From positions 1 through 37,662 of the forward strand of contig JADINE010000023.1 in NCBI GenBank assembly GCA_017694175.1: a stretch of 37,662 nucleotides of DNA. The letters run 5' to 3'. A model generated the notes under the pieces. The model searched no databases. It was not told where the DNA came from and saw only the letters and a list, made by a program, of their open reading frames with translations. This DNA is from Candidatus Enterousia excrementavium. GTDB lineage: Bacteria > Pseudomonadota > Alphaproteobacteria > Rs-D84. Each line of letters starts with the position of its first letter. The first letter of the stretch is position 1. The position numbers and the translations under genes were made by a program. Positions 8,437 through 19,021 of the stretch are shown here, piece after piece.

Positions 8437-10818
8437 ATGAGAAGATTGCCCCTGTGCTTTTTTCTGATTGCGGCATGTGTGCCGTTGGTTTTTACCGACG
8501 GCGGTGCTTTTGCTGTGTCGCGTGTTATTCCAACGGATGCCACAGATGCGTCTGTAACGTCCACATCGCGTGGCGATGCAAATACAGTGTCGCGCGCCAC
8601 CGTATCGCGTGGAACGTTGACACAACCCGATGTTGTGCACCAAACACAAAGTACCGATGCTGTTACCACAAATCGTAATGAAAACAACCGCACAGTGGTA
8701 AGTCGCGCCGCCACAACGACAAATAACGCAGATGTTGTGCGTGTTGGCGGACGGGTACTGAATCTGGGTGATGCCACACCAACTTCCACGCCACGTGGCA
8801 CGTCAAACACGGTTGCCAACACGGGCAGTGTATCCCGCGCCAGTGCAACTCAATCGGGGCATGTGAACAGTGCGCGTGAAAATCTGACCGCTACGGTTAA
8901 CACTGTTGGTCGCAATGCCCGGGTCGAGGCTGCAAGCATAAACAACAATCCATCGGTTCGTCGTGCGGGGCTTACATTGCGCCCATCCACGGCCGAGGTT
9001 GGCGGTCGTGCCACGATTGCCGGCACAAGTGTTCAAACAGGTTCGAACATAGACGAACAAATTCGCGGGGTTGCGTCACGTGCGGCGACAACCGCGCCTA
9101 CATCTGAATCCATTGCTGCGGCCAAAGAACGCATGGATTTAACAACCGATTTAAATCAATCGTGTCAACAGCAGTATAATGATTGCATGGATCAATTTTG
9201 TAACGTGATTGATGCGAACCAGGGGCGCTGTTCATGTTCTGCCAATTTGTCGAATTATACCGAAGTAGAAGAGGCTGTCACCGACGCCAACAATCAATTG
9301 AACGAGGTTGCTCAACGTATTCGTTATGTTGGCCTGTCAGCGGATGAAATTCGTGCCATTATGAACGAGACCGAGGCCGAAGAAGCCCTGTCCGGCGCGC
9401 GCGATACGTCTGAAACGCGTAATATGTTGGAAGAAATCGAGGAATTAATTCGCGATCCGTCGAGTGCCACATCATCATATGCATCAAGTTCAACATCGTT
9501 TGGGCTGGATATGGATTTGGATTTTTCATCCAACGTTGCGGATATTTTCAGTTTAGATTTTCTGAATATGGGCACAACAAGTTTTTCTAATTTGCGCGGA
9601 ACATCGCTTTATAATGCCGCTAAGAATCGTTGTAAAACGGTTTTGAATCAATGTGAAGAGGCCGGCGCCAACATCGATCAAATCACTGCGAATTATGATT
9701 TGGCCATCGATCGCGACTGCATTTCGTACGAACAGGGTTTAAGCAAAATGAATGACACATTGGTTTCCAATGTGCGCAGTGCGAATTTGATGTTACAGAA
9801 AGCACGCTTGGCAGTTATGCAAAATAAAAATCAATACGATGCCAAAGGTTGCATTGCTGCGCTGGATGCGTGTATGACCGATGAAATGGTGTGTGGCGCG
9901 GATTACACGAAATGTTTGGATCCAACCAAACGCTATATTGATGAAAATGGCGAAGTGGTTTTGGGTGAAAACATTACAAAAATTCGTGATTTTATGACAA
10001 AGTATAATAATGCAAATATAGACTCATCGTTCTTGCAAAATGTGGCCAATATGTCAATAAGCCCAGCTACGTGTTCCGCGGACGCAGCAGATGCATCCGA
10101 TGATGCCGGCAATAACGGCGCCTGTATCGCAAGTTATTTGTTACAAAAAATAGGCACCGGCCAGGAAGTAACCGATGGTGGTTTGTGCCGTGCAGTTTTG
10201 GATAAATGCCAGGCATACACATACGACGACAGTGGAAAATATTTACAATATAACGATGTTGTTGTAAATTATATACAACGTGCCATGGTTAATGTCAAAG
10301 CGGAACAGGAACAAATCATATCTGATTATTCGTCAAATTGCTTGTTGGATGTTGCAAATTGTTATAACCAACAGGTGACCCAGGTGAACGCTTGGACATC
10401 CAGCGCCAGCATTAACAGCATTTATATGGTGATGAAGGGTGCTTGTCGAAACGTTGCATTAACATGTGCATATGCAGTGTTTGATGGCGCAGAAAACGAT
10501 ACAGATTCGCCGTGTCCCACAGGCGACGCAGCCGACAACGAAAATACGTGTATCGAAAGTATATCGGAAATGTTCTATCAATCATTGTTATGCCCGGATA
10601 ATTCGACATATGATGCCGAGTGTGAAGGTATGTCGAAGTCGGCATCATGCGTAAACGAAAGATGCAAGTGCATTTCTGGGTACGAGGTATGGGGATCACG
10701 TTGTTTGATTGAATGTGACGCAAACGCATATGATGAACGTAATTCCAGTGGCGAATGCGTATGCAAACCTGGCTATGAAAAGAAAAATGGACTTTGCCAA
10801 AAAATAGAAACAGAATAA
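8437..10818 (+). CDS. large secreted Cys-rich hypothetical protein with low-complexity N-terminus and EGF-like Cys-rich tail (paralog of 5215..7434)
   Basis: 793 aa; signal peptide; CQQQYNDCMDQFC...RCSC; C-terminal CKCISGY / CVCKPGY; TGATATAAT upstream. Confidence 0.85.
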   Translation: MRRLPLCFFLIAACVPLVFTDGGAFAVSRVIPTDATDASVTSTSRGDANTVSRATVSRGTLTQPDVVHQTQSTDAVTTNRNENNRTVVSRAATTTNNADVVRVGGRVLNLGDATPTSTPRGTSNTVANTGSVSRASATQSGHVNSARENLTATVNTVGRNARVEAASINNNPSVRRAGLTLRPSTAEVGGRATIAGTSVQTGSNIDEQIRGVASRAATTAPTSESIAAAKERMDLTTDLNQSCQQQYNDCMDQFCNVIDANQGRCSCSANLSNYTEVEEAVTDANNQLNEVAQRIRYVGLSADEIRAIMNETEAEEALSGARDTSETRNMLEEIEELIRDPSSATSSYASSSTSFGLDMDLDFSSNVADIFSLDFLNMGTTSFSNLRGTSLYNAAKNRCKTVLNQCEEAGANIDQITANYDLAIDRDCISYEQGLSKMNDTLVSNVRSANLMLQKARLAVMQNKNQYDAKGCIAALDACMTDEMVCGADYTKCLDPTKRYIDENGEVVLGENITKIRDFMTKYNNANIDSSFLQNVANMSISPATCSADAADASDDAGNNGACIASYLLQKIGTGQEVTDGGLCRAVLDKCQAYTYDDSGKYLQYNDVVVNYIQRAMVNVKAEQEQIISDYSSNCLLDVANCYNQQVTQVNAWTSSASINSIYMVMKGACRNVALTCAYAVFDGAENDTDSPCPTGDAADNENTCIESISEMFYQSLLCPDNSTYDAECEGMSKSASCVNERCKCISGYEVWGSRCLIECDANAYDERNSSGECVCKPGYEKKNGLCQKIETE

Positions 10819-10846
10819 AAAATGTCGCATTTGCGACATTTTTTAT
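10815..10846. terminator. bidirectional terminator containing both stop codons
   Basis: 15-bp arms: ATAAAAAATGTCGCA-tt-TGCGACATTTTTTAT. Confidence 0.85.
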
Positions 10847-11520
10847 GCAGTTATTTTTTCCATAAATTCATTGTGTGCGGCCAATTCATCCGCATGTGGC
10901 TGAAAAGTTCTGTGTGGAAAATTTGCACCAATTTTTGGGTGTGCCAAAAAATCCGCATGCTGTTTCGCAATTATTTCCGAAACATCGGGCGCAGGCGCGG
11001 TATTTTCAAGTTCTTTATAAACTTTGGCCAAAATTTCAGCGTCAATTAATGCGCCGTGTGCGTCTGCACGTGCGGTAAGTGATATTCCATACCATTTTGC
11101 CAATGCGTCCAACGAATAGCTTTTGGGGCCAAACACACGATTGCGTGCAATCACAATTGAATCGAATTGCTGGCTGCGCGGAATTTCGGGCAACCCAACC
11201 AGGCGCAATTCATGATTAATAAACGGAAAGTCGAAATCCAGGCCGTTATGTGCAACAATTGGGCTGTCACCGATAAAGGACAAAAATTTTGGTGCAACAG
11301 CGGCCATTTTGGGTTTGTCTTCCAAAAAAGCATTTGAAATTTTATGCACCATATACGAATCGGGCGGGATGATTTTGCCGTCTGGATTAATATATTCGTG
11401 GAAAGTATTATCTGTGATTACGCCATCAATCATTTCAACAGCGCCGATTTCAATGCAGCGATCGCCCCGCATATATTCCAAGCCTGTCGTTTCAATATCA
11501 AAGCAAATCACGCGCCCCAT
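10843..11520 (-). CDS. dnaQ: DNA polymerase III epsilon subunit (DEDDh exonuclease)
   Basis: FDIETTGL, IEIGAVE, VAHN..FD, SLDALA, HGALIDAEILA. Confidence 0.93.
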   Translation of the reverse strand: MGRVICFDIETTGLEYMRGDRCIEIGAVEMIDGVITDNTFHEYINPDGKIIPPDSYMVHKISNAFLEDKPKMAAVAPKFLSFIGDSPIVAHNGLDFDFPFINHELRLVGLPEIPRSQQFDSIVIARNRVFGPKSYSLDALAKWYGISLTARADAHGALIDAEILAKVYKELENTAPAPDVSEIIAKQHADFLAHPKIGANFPHRTFQPHADELAAHNEFMEKITA

Positions 11521-11548
11521 TATTTCCCATCCCCGTAAAAATATAGTT

Positions 11549-11577
11549 TTGTAAAGTTAAGTTTTGTGTATTATAAT
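11549..11577 (+). promoter_or_regulatory. sigma70-type promoter of uvrD
   Basis: TTGTAA-17 bp-TATAAT. Confidence 0.55.
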
Positions 11578-11592
11578 GCGATGGTGAATTTA

Positions 11593-13710
11593 ATGCTAGA
11601 AAATCTTAATCCAGAACAAAAATTAGCCGTTGAAACGACCGAAGGGCCGTTGTTGGTTTTATCAGGCGCAGGAACAGGAAAAACACGTGTTTTAACCACG
11701 CGTGTGGCATATATATTGAACAAAGCATTGGCGTTGCCGTGGCAGGTTTTGGCATTAACGTTTACTAACAAGGCTGCCAACGAAATGAAATCACGCCTGG
11801 CGGGCTTTTGTGACGGTGCAAATTGGTATGCTGGCGACGTGTGGTGTGGCACATTTCATTCTATTTGTTTGCGTATTTTGCGGTCAAATGCGGATGCAGC
11901 GGGTCTGCGGCGCGATTTTTTAATCTATGGCGAAGAAGAACAAAAAACAGTTTTGAAACATGTTCTGGCCGATATGGGGTTGGATATCAAAGATTTTAAC
12001 CCATCTGATTGGGTTGAACGTATTTCCGCGATAAAGGACAAAGGTCTGCACAGCGATGAACACACATCTGCGGTTGCGTTGAAAATATTGAATGCATATA
12101 ACGCGGAACTTGCGCGCATGGGGGCGGTGGATTTTGGCGATATTATATTAAAAGTTTTGCAATTGTTTGATGCTTTCCCCGATATCCTTATGCGATATCA
12201 GCGGCAATTTAAATACATTCTTGTTGACGAGTTCCAGGATACTAATGCTGCGCAAATGCAATTTCTGCAAATGCTGACACGTGGAATTGAAAATCCGAAT
12301 ATTTGTTGTGTTGGCGATGATGATCAATCGATTTATTCTTGGCGTGGTGCGGAAATAAAAAACATTTTGAATTTCGAAAAAACATTTCCAACGGCAAAAA
12401 TCATTCGCCTGGAAACGAATTACCGCAGTACACCGAATATCCTGGGGGCGGCAAATTCGCTTATACGGCATAATTCGGACAGATTGGGCAAAGATTTACA
12501 TACGCCACCAAACGCATCGGCGGGCGAGCCGGTGTATGTATTAACTGTGCCATCTGACTTTGACGAAGCGCGTCTGGTATCCGACATAATAATGCGCAAA
12601 TCGGACGACGAGGCGTATGCAAATTACGCAGTATTAATTCGTGCGGGATCGTTGTCGCGCCTGTTCGAAGAAGAATTCACATCACGTGGCATTCCATATA
12701 AATTAATCGGCGCAACCAAGTTTTATGATCGTGCAGAAATCCGTGATGCAATCGCATATTTACGGATTTTGGTATATCCATTTGATGATATATCTTTTAT
12801 GCGGGCAATTGCGCGCCCACGGCGTGGATTTGGGCCATCTGCGATTGCGCGTTTGCGTGCATCGGGTGATAATTTAATGGATGGCATGCGCAAAGCGCAA
12901 TTAACTGGGAAACAGCGTGCGGCCGCCGATGCATTTTTATCAGCGTTTGATTTTGATTGGATGGGCATGTCGCCGGCGGACGCGGCACAAAAGTTATTGG
13001 AAAACACAGGTTATATACAATCATGGCGCGAATCCAAGGATGCAGATGCCCCAGATCGCCTGGATAACATTCGTGAACTTGTAACCAATGTGATTGGCAA
13101 ATATGATACTTTGCCGGAATTTTTGGAACATGCCGCATTAATGATGACCGATGATAATGATTCAGAAGATGGACCAACAATTGATGCAGTAAGCGTAATG
13201 ACCATTCATGCGGCCAAAGGATTGGAATTTGACACGGTGTTTCTTCCCGCCTGGGAAGAGGGCATATTCCCCAACGATATGGCGGTTCAGTCTGGCGGGT
13301 TGGAAGAAGAACGCCGCCTGGCCTATGTTGCAATCACGCGTGCGCGCCGTCGTGCGATAATAATCAATGCTATGTCGCGCATGGTGTTTGGCAATCGGCA
13401 ATATAATTCCCCCAGTCGTTTTATTACCGAAATGGACAACCACTTTTTGGATTTCCAGGGCGGTGCCCCGCAATCATACGCCCCGCGATACCCAGATGTG
13501 CACACTCGCCCCCAAGGTGCATCATATTCACGTGTCACGCATAAAAGTCGGCCGCTGCGTGAAAATAAATCAGTTGTTGGCCGATTGGTTGAACACGAAG
13601 AAATGGGGCGCGGCGTGGTTATCGAAGAAAACGGGGATATTTTAACCGTTGCATTTCGTGCGCGCGGGATAAAAAAAGTTGCACGAAATTACATAAAATT
13701 CATTGATTAA
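11593..13710 (+). CDS. uvrD: UvrD/PcrA/Rep superfamily 1 DNA helicase
   Basis: LNPEQ, GAGTGKT, LTFTNKAA, VDEFQD, VGDDDQSIY, NYRS, HAAKGLEF, EERRLAYVAITRA; start uncertain (11581-11593). Confidence 0.95.
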   Translation: MLENLNPEQKLAVETTEGPLLVLSGAGTGKTRVLTTRVAYILNKALALPWQVLALTFTNKAANEMKSRLAGFCDGANWYAGDVWCGTFHSICLRILRSNADAAGLRRDFLIYGEEEQKTVLKHVLADMGLDIKDFNPSDWVERISAIKDKGLHSDEHTSAVALKILNAYNAELARMGAVDFGDIILKVLQLFDAFPDILMRYQRQFKYILVDEFQDTNAAQMQFLQMLTRGIENPNICCVGDDDQSIYSWRGAEIKNILNFEKTFPTAKIIRLETNYRSTPNILGAANSLIRHNSDRLGKDLHTPPNASAGEPVYVLTVPSDFDEARLVSDIIMRKSDDEAYANYAVLIRAGSLSRLFEEEFTSRGIPYKLIGATKFYDRAEIRDAIAYLRILVYPFDDISFMRAIARPRRGFGPSAIARLRASGDNLMDGMRKAQLTGKQRAAADAFLSAFDFDWMGMSPADAAQKLLENTGYIQSWRESKDADAPDRLDNIRELVTNVIGKYDTLPEFLEHAALMMTDDNDSEDGPTIDAVSVMTIHAAKGLEFDTVFLPAWEEGIFPNDMAVQSGGLEEERRLAYVAITRARRRAIIINAMSRMVFGNRQYNSPSRFITEMDNHFLDFQGGAPQSYAPRYPDVHTRPQGASYSRVTHKSRPLRENKSVVGRLVEHEEMGRGVVIEENGDILTVAFRARGIKKVARNYIKFID

Positions 13711-13742
13711 AAAAATCCGCAAGGCTGCGGATTTTTTTAATC
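13705..13742. terminator. bidirectional terminator containing both stop codons
   Basis: 17-bp arms: GATTAAAAAAATCCGCA-aggc-TGCGGATTTTTTTAATC. Confidence 0.85.
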
Positions 13743-15032
13743 TTTCTTGCGGATTTTTTTAATCATTTCTTTGCCTTTGCTGGATGTAATTTTCCACAGT
13801 TTTGAAATATCAGCGCTAACTTGTTTGCCAAAGCTGTTGTCAATCTTGCCGCCGAAATCTTCGGCAATTTTGCCTGCATGTGTGGCCAAATACAGTACCA
13901 AAGCGCCGGTTAACAACGTCGGAATAAATCCTGCATTTTCCAGTGTTGGTACTTTTGCAGCCAAATCAGTCGTCACAACCCCAGATAACAGTGCTGCACA
14001 TACCGCAATCACCACAGACAACGTCACGAAATAAATCGCAGCATTTATAAATCGTGTGATTTGCTTGGACAAAGATTCCGCCTGGAATAATCCCAGAAAT
14101 CCGTTAAATATATCGCCAACGATTCCTTTGTACGACGTATTGTTCAAAGTTTCTGCGATTGCAGTAAATGGCAACATTATAACAGACAGGAACAAATCCA
14201 CAATCACCCCCAAACCCATCAAAGCGAATTTAAATCCCGCATATACAAACATTACAATGAACACTGCACCAACGAATGTGGTGAATGCGCTGTGGCCTAT
14301 GCCTGCGCCAACCCATTGCCAACCAGCTGAAATCGTGGTCCAGAAAAATCCAGACAGCCGCGTTGGCAAACACATTAAATCTGCTGCTGCGTTTGCATTC
14401 AACAAAGCGCTATCGGTTAAATTTGCGGCGGTATACGCATGAATTGCCCCGCATGTGTCCGGAATTTCCAATCCCACAGTCATTGTGACAGCGTTCAAGA
14501 TTAAATCAGATAAATAACTTGCTACGCTTACAATTGGACCCATAATCCACATAAACAATTGTGCCGGCCCAAACATAAGTATAAACGACCATATGGCGAT
14601 AACAGCACCCTTTTTAACCAAATTAACGCCCAGATCCATTGCGCTGGTGCCTTTGACCATCATGTTATAGGCTTCGAACATAACCCAAAACACATACGCA
14701 ATGATCATGAATATGATTGCGAACCGCACCAATGAAGAATCCAATATGTTTGCGATTGCAGACATCCCGTTCATTAATGCCAGCCCAACTTTTGCTTCGG
14801 CCGGCACAGGTAAATTTTCGGTTGTCTCTGTTTGTTCTTTGGGTGCAAATTCCGTGATATCGGTCCCCAGCATGGTATAAAATTCTTCCATATTTTCCTG
14901 GGTCATCCAATCGCCATAATCACCGATGCCAGTCATGGGAACATTGGTCGCAGCAAACGCATTTGGCACAACAATCATCCACGCCATTGCGATAATAATC
15001 AGTTTTGCAAAGATACGTGTTAAGTATTTCAT
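13737..15032 (-). CDS. polytopic membrane protein, VirB6/TrbL-like paralog 1
   Basis: 431 aa; signal peptide and multiple TMs; loop Cys pair; VIVDLFLSVIMLPFTAIA core. Confidence 0.75.
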   Translation of the reverse strand: MKYLTRIFAKLIIIAMAWMIVVPNAFAATNVPMTGIGDYGDWMTQENMEEFYTMLGTDITEFAPKEQTETTENLPVPAEAKVGLALMNGMSAIANILDSSLVRFAIIFMIIAYVFWVMFEAYNMMVKGTSAMDLGVNLVKKGAVIAIWSFILMFGPAQLFMWIMGPIVSVASYLSDLILNAVTMTVGLEIPDTCGAIHAYTAANLTDSALLNANAAADLMCLPTRLSGFFWTTISAGWQWVGAGIGHSAFTTFVGAVFIVMFVYAGFKFALMGLGVIVDLFLSVIMLPFTAIAETLNNTSYKGIVGDIFNGFLGLFQAESLSKQITRFINAAIYFVTLSVVIAVCAALLSGVVTTDLAAKVPTLENAGFIPTLLTGALVLYLATHAGKIAEDFGGKIDNSFGKQVSADISKLWKITSSKGKEMIKKIRKKD

Positions 15033-16477
15033 TAATCTTTACTGAACGCCTTGGTTATGCTTCCTGCCAATTGTTTAGGTATTCCCCAAATAGTTTTGCC
15101 AACATTTTTTGCCCACGTGCCGAAATCGAAAGTTTCCCCTTTGCCAATTTTATCCAATCCGAATACAGCATCAACTCGCGGTTTCAAAATCCAGAAATAC
15201 AGCGCAAAAATGAACATCATCATAAGCAAGAAATCCCACCCGTTTTTCATAAAGTCAAACGCGCCCGGGTATTCATTTTCAACAATGTTCTTTTGCGCAG
15301 TAAAGCAATCGCGGAATTTATCGCCGTCCATTTCACCATCAACCAAAGCAACTTGTTCACATGTTGCAAAAGTATTCATCACAGACAACGTTTGTGCATC
15401 AGGATTTTCCGCACTGCGTCCCATCATAGGCGGCAACATAGCGCTGTATCCATCAACGGGGCCTGGGAAATATGCATCTGCGGCATACGCAACAACAGCA
15501 TACACAATAACAACTTTTAAAGTTATGCTTACGATTTGAATTGCTGCGCGTACCAACAGGTTAATTGCATTTTTCACAACGCCACTGGCAACAGTCCAAG
15601 TTTGTTCAAATGCAGCGGCGGCCAAAATAAGTGGCATAAATATAATAATGAACACCAGTTTAAATATTACAGACAACACCTGGAAAACCAAATCGAAACC
15701 GATAACCAAGAACATCAGAACCAACGCCAGCCCTGCAATCCATGTAAGTGCGCCACCCCCTAAATCCATCCATGCGTAATTCATTAACGAAAAACCGCCT
15801 GCGGCCCCGGCCAGCATAACGCTGTTGATGTTTCCCATTACGCACATAAATGGTTGCAACACAGGTGCCAAAACATTATCTGATGCGTTTGCGGCATCAA
15901 TTGCACCGCATTGCGTTGCATCAGTTACACCCGTTGCCGCCATGGATAATTCCGCCCCAACAAATAACACAGGGGTAACTGTAATATTTGTAACCGTGCG
16001 TAATGCAGCAGTGCCGCCCATTCCCAATGCGCCCAAAAGTGCGCCAACAATTAACACACGTGCACCCTGGCGCCAAACTTTGTCAAACCATCCAGCGAAT
16101 TCCAGTTTTTTTTCTTTTTCGTCCAGCGCGGCAGTTTGCTTTGCTGCATCAAAAATATATTTGGCAGTATATATAAACAAAAACAGTCCGAATCCCAACG
16201 CCAGCACTATCCACAGATTATCCACCATTGCGGTCCAAAACATTTCAGCCGCATTCCCGATAACAACAAATAACTCTTCGATATACCGGCACAGGAAACA
16301 ACCGTTTGCGGACGCGATATCCCCATTGGTCACACCGATTGCGCTTAAAAAACCGTTCATGCTGGTATATGTAATTGCGTCGCCCCCAATGGCAGATGCT
16401 ATATACCAAATCCCCAGCCCCAACGCAATGGCGCCCATGATAAATTGTACGGCAAATAAAATCAGTTTTTCTTTCAC
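15032..16477 (-). CDS. polytopic membrane protein, VirB6/TrbL-like paralog 2
   Basis: 481 aa; CFLC; VIFKLVFIIIFMPLILAAAAFEQTW resembles the VirB6 core P-x6-7-F-x2-T; GTGA and TAATG overlaps with neighbours. Confidence 0.78.
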   Translation of the reverse strand: MKEKLILFAVQFIMGAIALGLGIWYIASAIGGDAITYTSMNGFLSAIGVTNGDIASANGCFLCRYIEELFVVIGNAAEMFWTAMVDNLWIVLALGFGLFLFIYTAKYIFDAAKQTAALDEKEKKLEFAGWFDKVWRQGARVLIVGALLGALGMGGTAALRTVTNITVTPVLFVGAELSMAATGVTDATQCGAIDAANASDNVLAPVLQPFMCVMGNINSVMLAGAAGGFSLMNYAWMDLGGGALTWIAGLALVLMFLVIGFDLVFQVLSVIFKLVFIIIFMPLILAAAAFEQTWTVASGVVKNAINLLVRAAIQIVSITLKVVIVYAVVAYAADAYFPGPVDGYSAMLPPMMGRSAENPDAQTLSVMNTFATCEQVALVDGEMDGDKFRDCFTAQKNIVENEYPGAFDFMKNGWDFLLMMMFIFALYFWILKPRVDAVFGLDKIGKGETFDFGTWAKNVGKTIWGIPKQLAGSITKAFSKD

Positions 16478-17685
16478 TTTGTTTCTTTGCCTTTATCGTC
16501 ACCGTCTTTTTTTTCTTTGCCACCAGACAAGATGTTTTTACCCAAATTGGCAGCCCCCGTAATAACAGTGGTTGTTAATTTCATTGCGCTGTCGGCCAAT
16601 TGTTCGCTTAATGCGTTTTCAGACGAAACGCCAAACGACCCCAGCACCATAGAAGTTACATTTGGAATTTGTTTGTATATAAAGTTTAACACATAAACCA
16701 AAATAACGCATCCGCCAATTGTCATCGCAGCCAAATTATCACCAGACAAATCGCCTTCGAAAATATTGCCTGTGGTGATAAGTTCCATAATTTCCGCCGC
16801 ACTTTGCCCCGGCGCAGCAAAGAATTTTGCTATGATGGTCATAAGCACAGTATATGTTAACACCGCCGCAGCCAATGCTATGATTGCGTTTATTAATTTT
16901 TTAAACTGATCTGTGCCAACGCCTTTGCCCAACGAAGACATCCATTTTGGTGCGTCATCGCCCTTGAACGCCACCAAGATTAAGGACAACGGAAAGAAAA
17001 ATGCAAAAAACGCCATTGCCACAATGATATCAGCGAAATAAAAACAGAAACGTAAAAACAGTCTGAAAAATCCAAAGAATAAATACAGTCCCAAAACAAA
17101 TAAAATTATATGTTTTACAAGTGAGCCTAGCCCCAGCAATGCGTCCAATGAAAACGCTTTGTCCATAACGGCGATTCCCAAATTCATATACGATTGGAAT
17201 TGGGTAATAGTTGTTTTCATAAGCATGATGATTTTATCGCGCAATTCTGGGCGATAAAAACCATCGTCATCCATTTCTGTGGGTTGATAAGACACGCGTT
17301 CATTAACCACATCCGAATCCGTTTGCAGCATATTTTGCGTGTACACAAGTGTTATATCCGCCACCGGTTCAAATGTGATTGTTGTAATAAACCGCGGCAG
17401 CATAACCCCCATACTTAAAAGAGCCAACGCCACCAAAGAATTTATAATCAACGGTTTGAAAGATTTTTGATAAAACGGGTCAGTAATACCGCCCTTCATA
17501 TTTTTCCATACAGCATTTATTACATAAAACGCGAACAGCACACAAAATAAAATCACACAGAAAAACGCGAACTGTTCATAAACCGCCGCGGCCGCATCTG
17601 AAACAATTTGAAACAGGCGGTCGAACACAGGGCAACCCCAACATTGCACAGCAGAATCGATAAAAGAATTCAACGGTTGATTCAT
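16474..17685 (-). CDS. polytopic membrane protein, VirB6/TrbL-like paralog 3
   Basis: CWGC near N-terminus; FADIIVAMAFFAFFFPLSLILVAF; start set at the ATGA overlap (17685; alternative 17700). Confidence 0.75.
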   Translation of the reverse strand: MNQPLNSFIDSAVQCWGCPVFDRLFQIVSDAAAAVYEQFAFFCVILFCVLFAFYVINAVWKNMKGGITDPFYQKSFKPLIINSLVALALLSMGVMLPRFITTITFEPVADITLVYTQNMLQTDSDVVNERVSYQPTEMDDDGFYRPELRDKIIMLMKTTITQFQSYMNLGIAVMDKAFSLDALLGLGSLVKHIILFVLGLYLFFGFFRLFLRFCFYFADIIVAMAFFAFFFPLSLILVAFKGDDAPKWMSSLGKGVGTDQFKKLINAIIALAAAVLTYTVLMTIIAKFFAAPGQSAAEIMELITTGNIFEGDLSGDNLAAMTIGGCVILVYVLNFIYKQIPNVTSMVLGSFGVSSENALSEQLADSAMKLTTTVITGAANLGKNILSGGKEKKDGDDKGKETK

Positions 17686-18953
17686 TTCTTTTTCTTCCAT
17701 CCGAATGCAAGTCCAACTGTGTCGGCAATGCCTTTGCCAACTTTAATGGCCGTGTTTGCATCGCCTTTGACTTGGTTGTATAAATTGTCCATTCCCTTGC
17801 CAACATAGTCATTCAATTTACCGCGTGTCATGTTGAATATGCGGAACATTAAATAGAACGTAAGTATTGCCGACAACCACATAATGGAATGTTCACCGAA
17901 ACCCATTGCGTTGTTTGCAACTGTTGGCACATTTGATGTGGCTGTACCACCGGCGGCAACAACAAATACAGACGAATTCCATTGAAACAACGCTTTAACC
18001 ACTGCGATATTGATGCACAGAATAAAAGCGCACGCAATCATGGTAACAATGATTTGCTGTAAAGCCTTGGTTATTCCGCCAAACGCAGGCCAGATATCCA
18101 ACCATTTATCATTGGGCTTTGCGACATAGGTCAATACTTGAAAAGGATACAACACCAGTGCCATTCCGAAGTTAAATATAGCCTGGATTATAAGCATAGC
18201 CATAAACAGGTTGCTGGCCACAAATGTGAATATCAGAATAATCCCAGTCACCACATTCAGAAAACTTTCGCCACCATGCGACATCGGGGTTATCAGACCG
18301 CGCAACCCGGTCAGCAGGAAATCAAACCCGCGTTTGATAATTTGGTTGTTTGCATGCGAGATATCAGATACCGGCTGCACCAAAAATTCGCAACTTTCCT
18401 GGGTTATCCAACCTTGTTCAACAATTGATGGCGGGCAGTCCACCTGGGGCGCGGAAACGCCGGCCTCGTTCACGGTGTTTGTTATGCTTTCCGTGTACAA
18501 TGCCCCAAATTGCAAAAAGGGATTAATCAACCATTCTGTTAAATACACAGGTTTTATTTGCAGCAATACCGTTACGGCCACAATGGCGCGGATACATGGT
18601 TTAAGTGCATTGGTTGCGATTGTCATTCCATCGATACCGCCGATCATTTCCCCGCCACCAGAAAAACCAAAAAACGACACCCATGTTTTCGGGAAATACA
18701 TTTTCACAACATACAACACCAGTGTTACTGCTAAAAATCCCCACACCAAAAGATAAATAATTCCATCGCCCTCGCCGACGAAAAACTCATAACCACCACT
18801 TGCCACTGCCATCAAAGCATCCAAAATCGTTGGTATAATCGGCGCCAGATTTAATGCATCAACAATCGTGTGTTCAGCGGCATGCGCGACAATTGGCGAA
18901 CACAAAGTTATCGCCGCCAACGCACCCATAAACACGAATTTAAGTAATCTCAT
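17682..18953 (-). CDS. polytopic membrane protein, VirB6/TrbL-like paralog 4
   Basis: 423 aa; signal peptide; loop Cys pair; IIQAIFNFGMALVLYPFQVLTYV. Confidence 0.75.
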   Translation of the reverse strand: MRLLKFVFMGALAAITLCSPIVAHAAEHTIVDALNLAPIIPTILDALMAVASGGYEFFVGEGDGIIYLLVWGFLAVTLVLYVVKMYFPKTWVSFFGFSGGGEMIGGIDGMTIATNALKPCIRAIVAVTVLLQIKPVYLTEWLINPFLQFGALYTESITNTVNEAGVSAPQVDCPPSIVEQGWITQESCEFLVQPVSDISHANNQIIKRGFDFLLTGLRGLITPMSHGGESFLNVVTGIILIFTFVASNLFMAMLIIQAIFNFGMALVLYPFQVLTYVAKPNDKWLDIWPAFGGITKALQQIIVTMIACAFILCINIAVVKALFQWNSSVFVVAAGGTATSNVPTVANNAMGFGEHSIMWLSAILTFYLMFRIFNMTRGKLNDYVGKGMDNLYNQVKGDANTAIKVGKGIADTVGLAFGWKKKK

Positions 18954-18979
18954 TCTCTCGTATTATTTTTATCTTTTCA

Positions 18980-19013
18980 ATTATATCACATTTGGGGCAA
19001 AATATGGTATACT
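18980..19013. promoter_or_regulatory. back-to-back extended -10 promoters for the membrane-protein cluster
   Basis: TGATATAAT on - (18980-18988) and TGGTATACT on + (19005-19013) in a 68-bp gap. Confidence 0.5.
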
Positions 19014-19021
19014 TAAAAACA

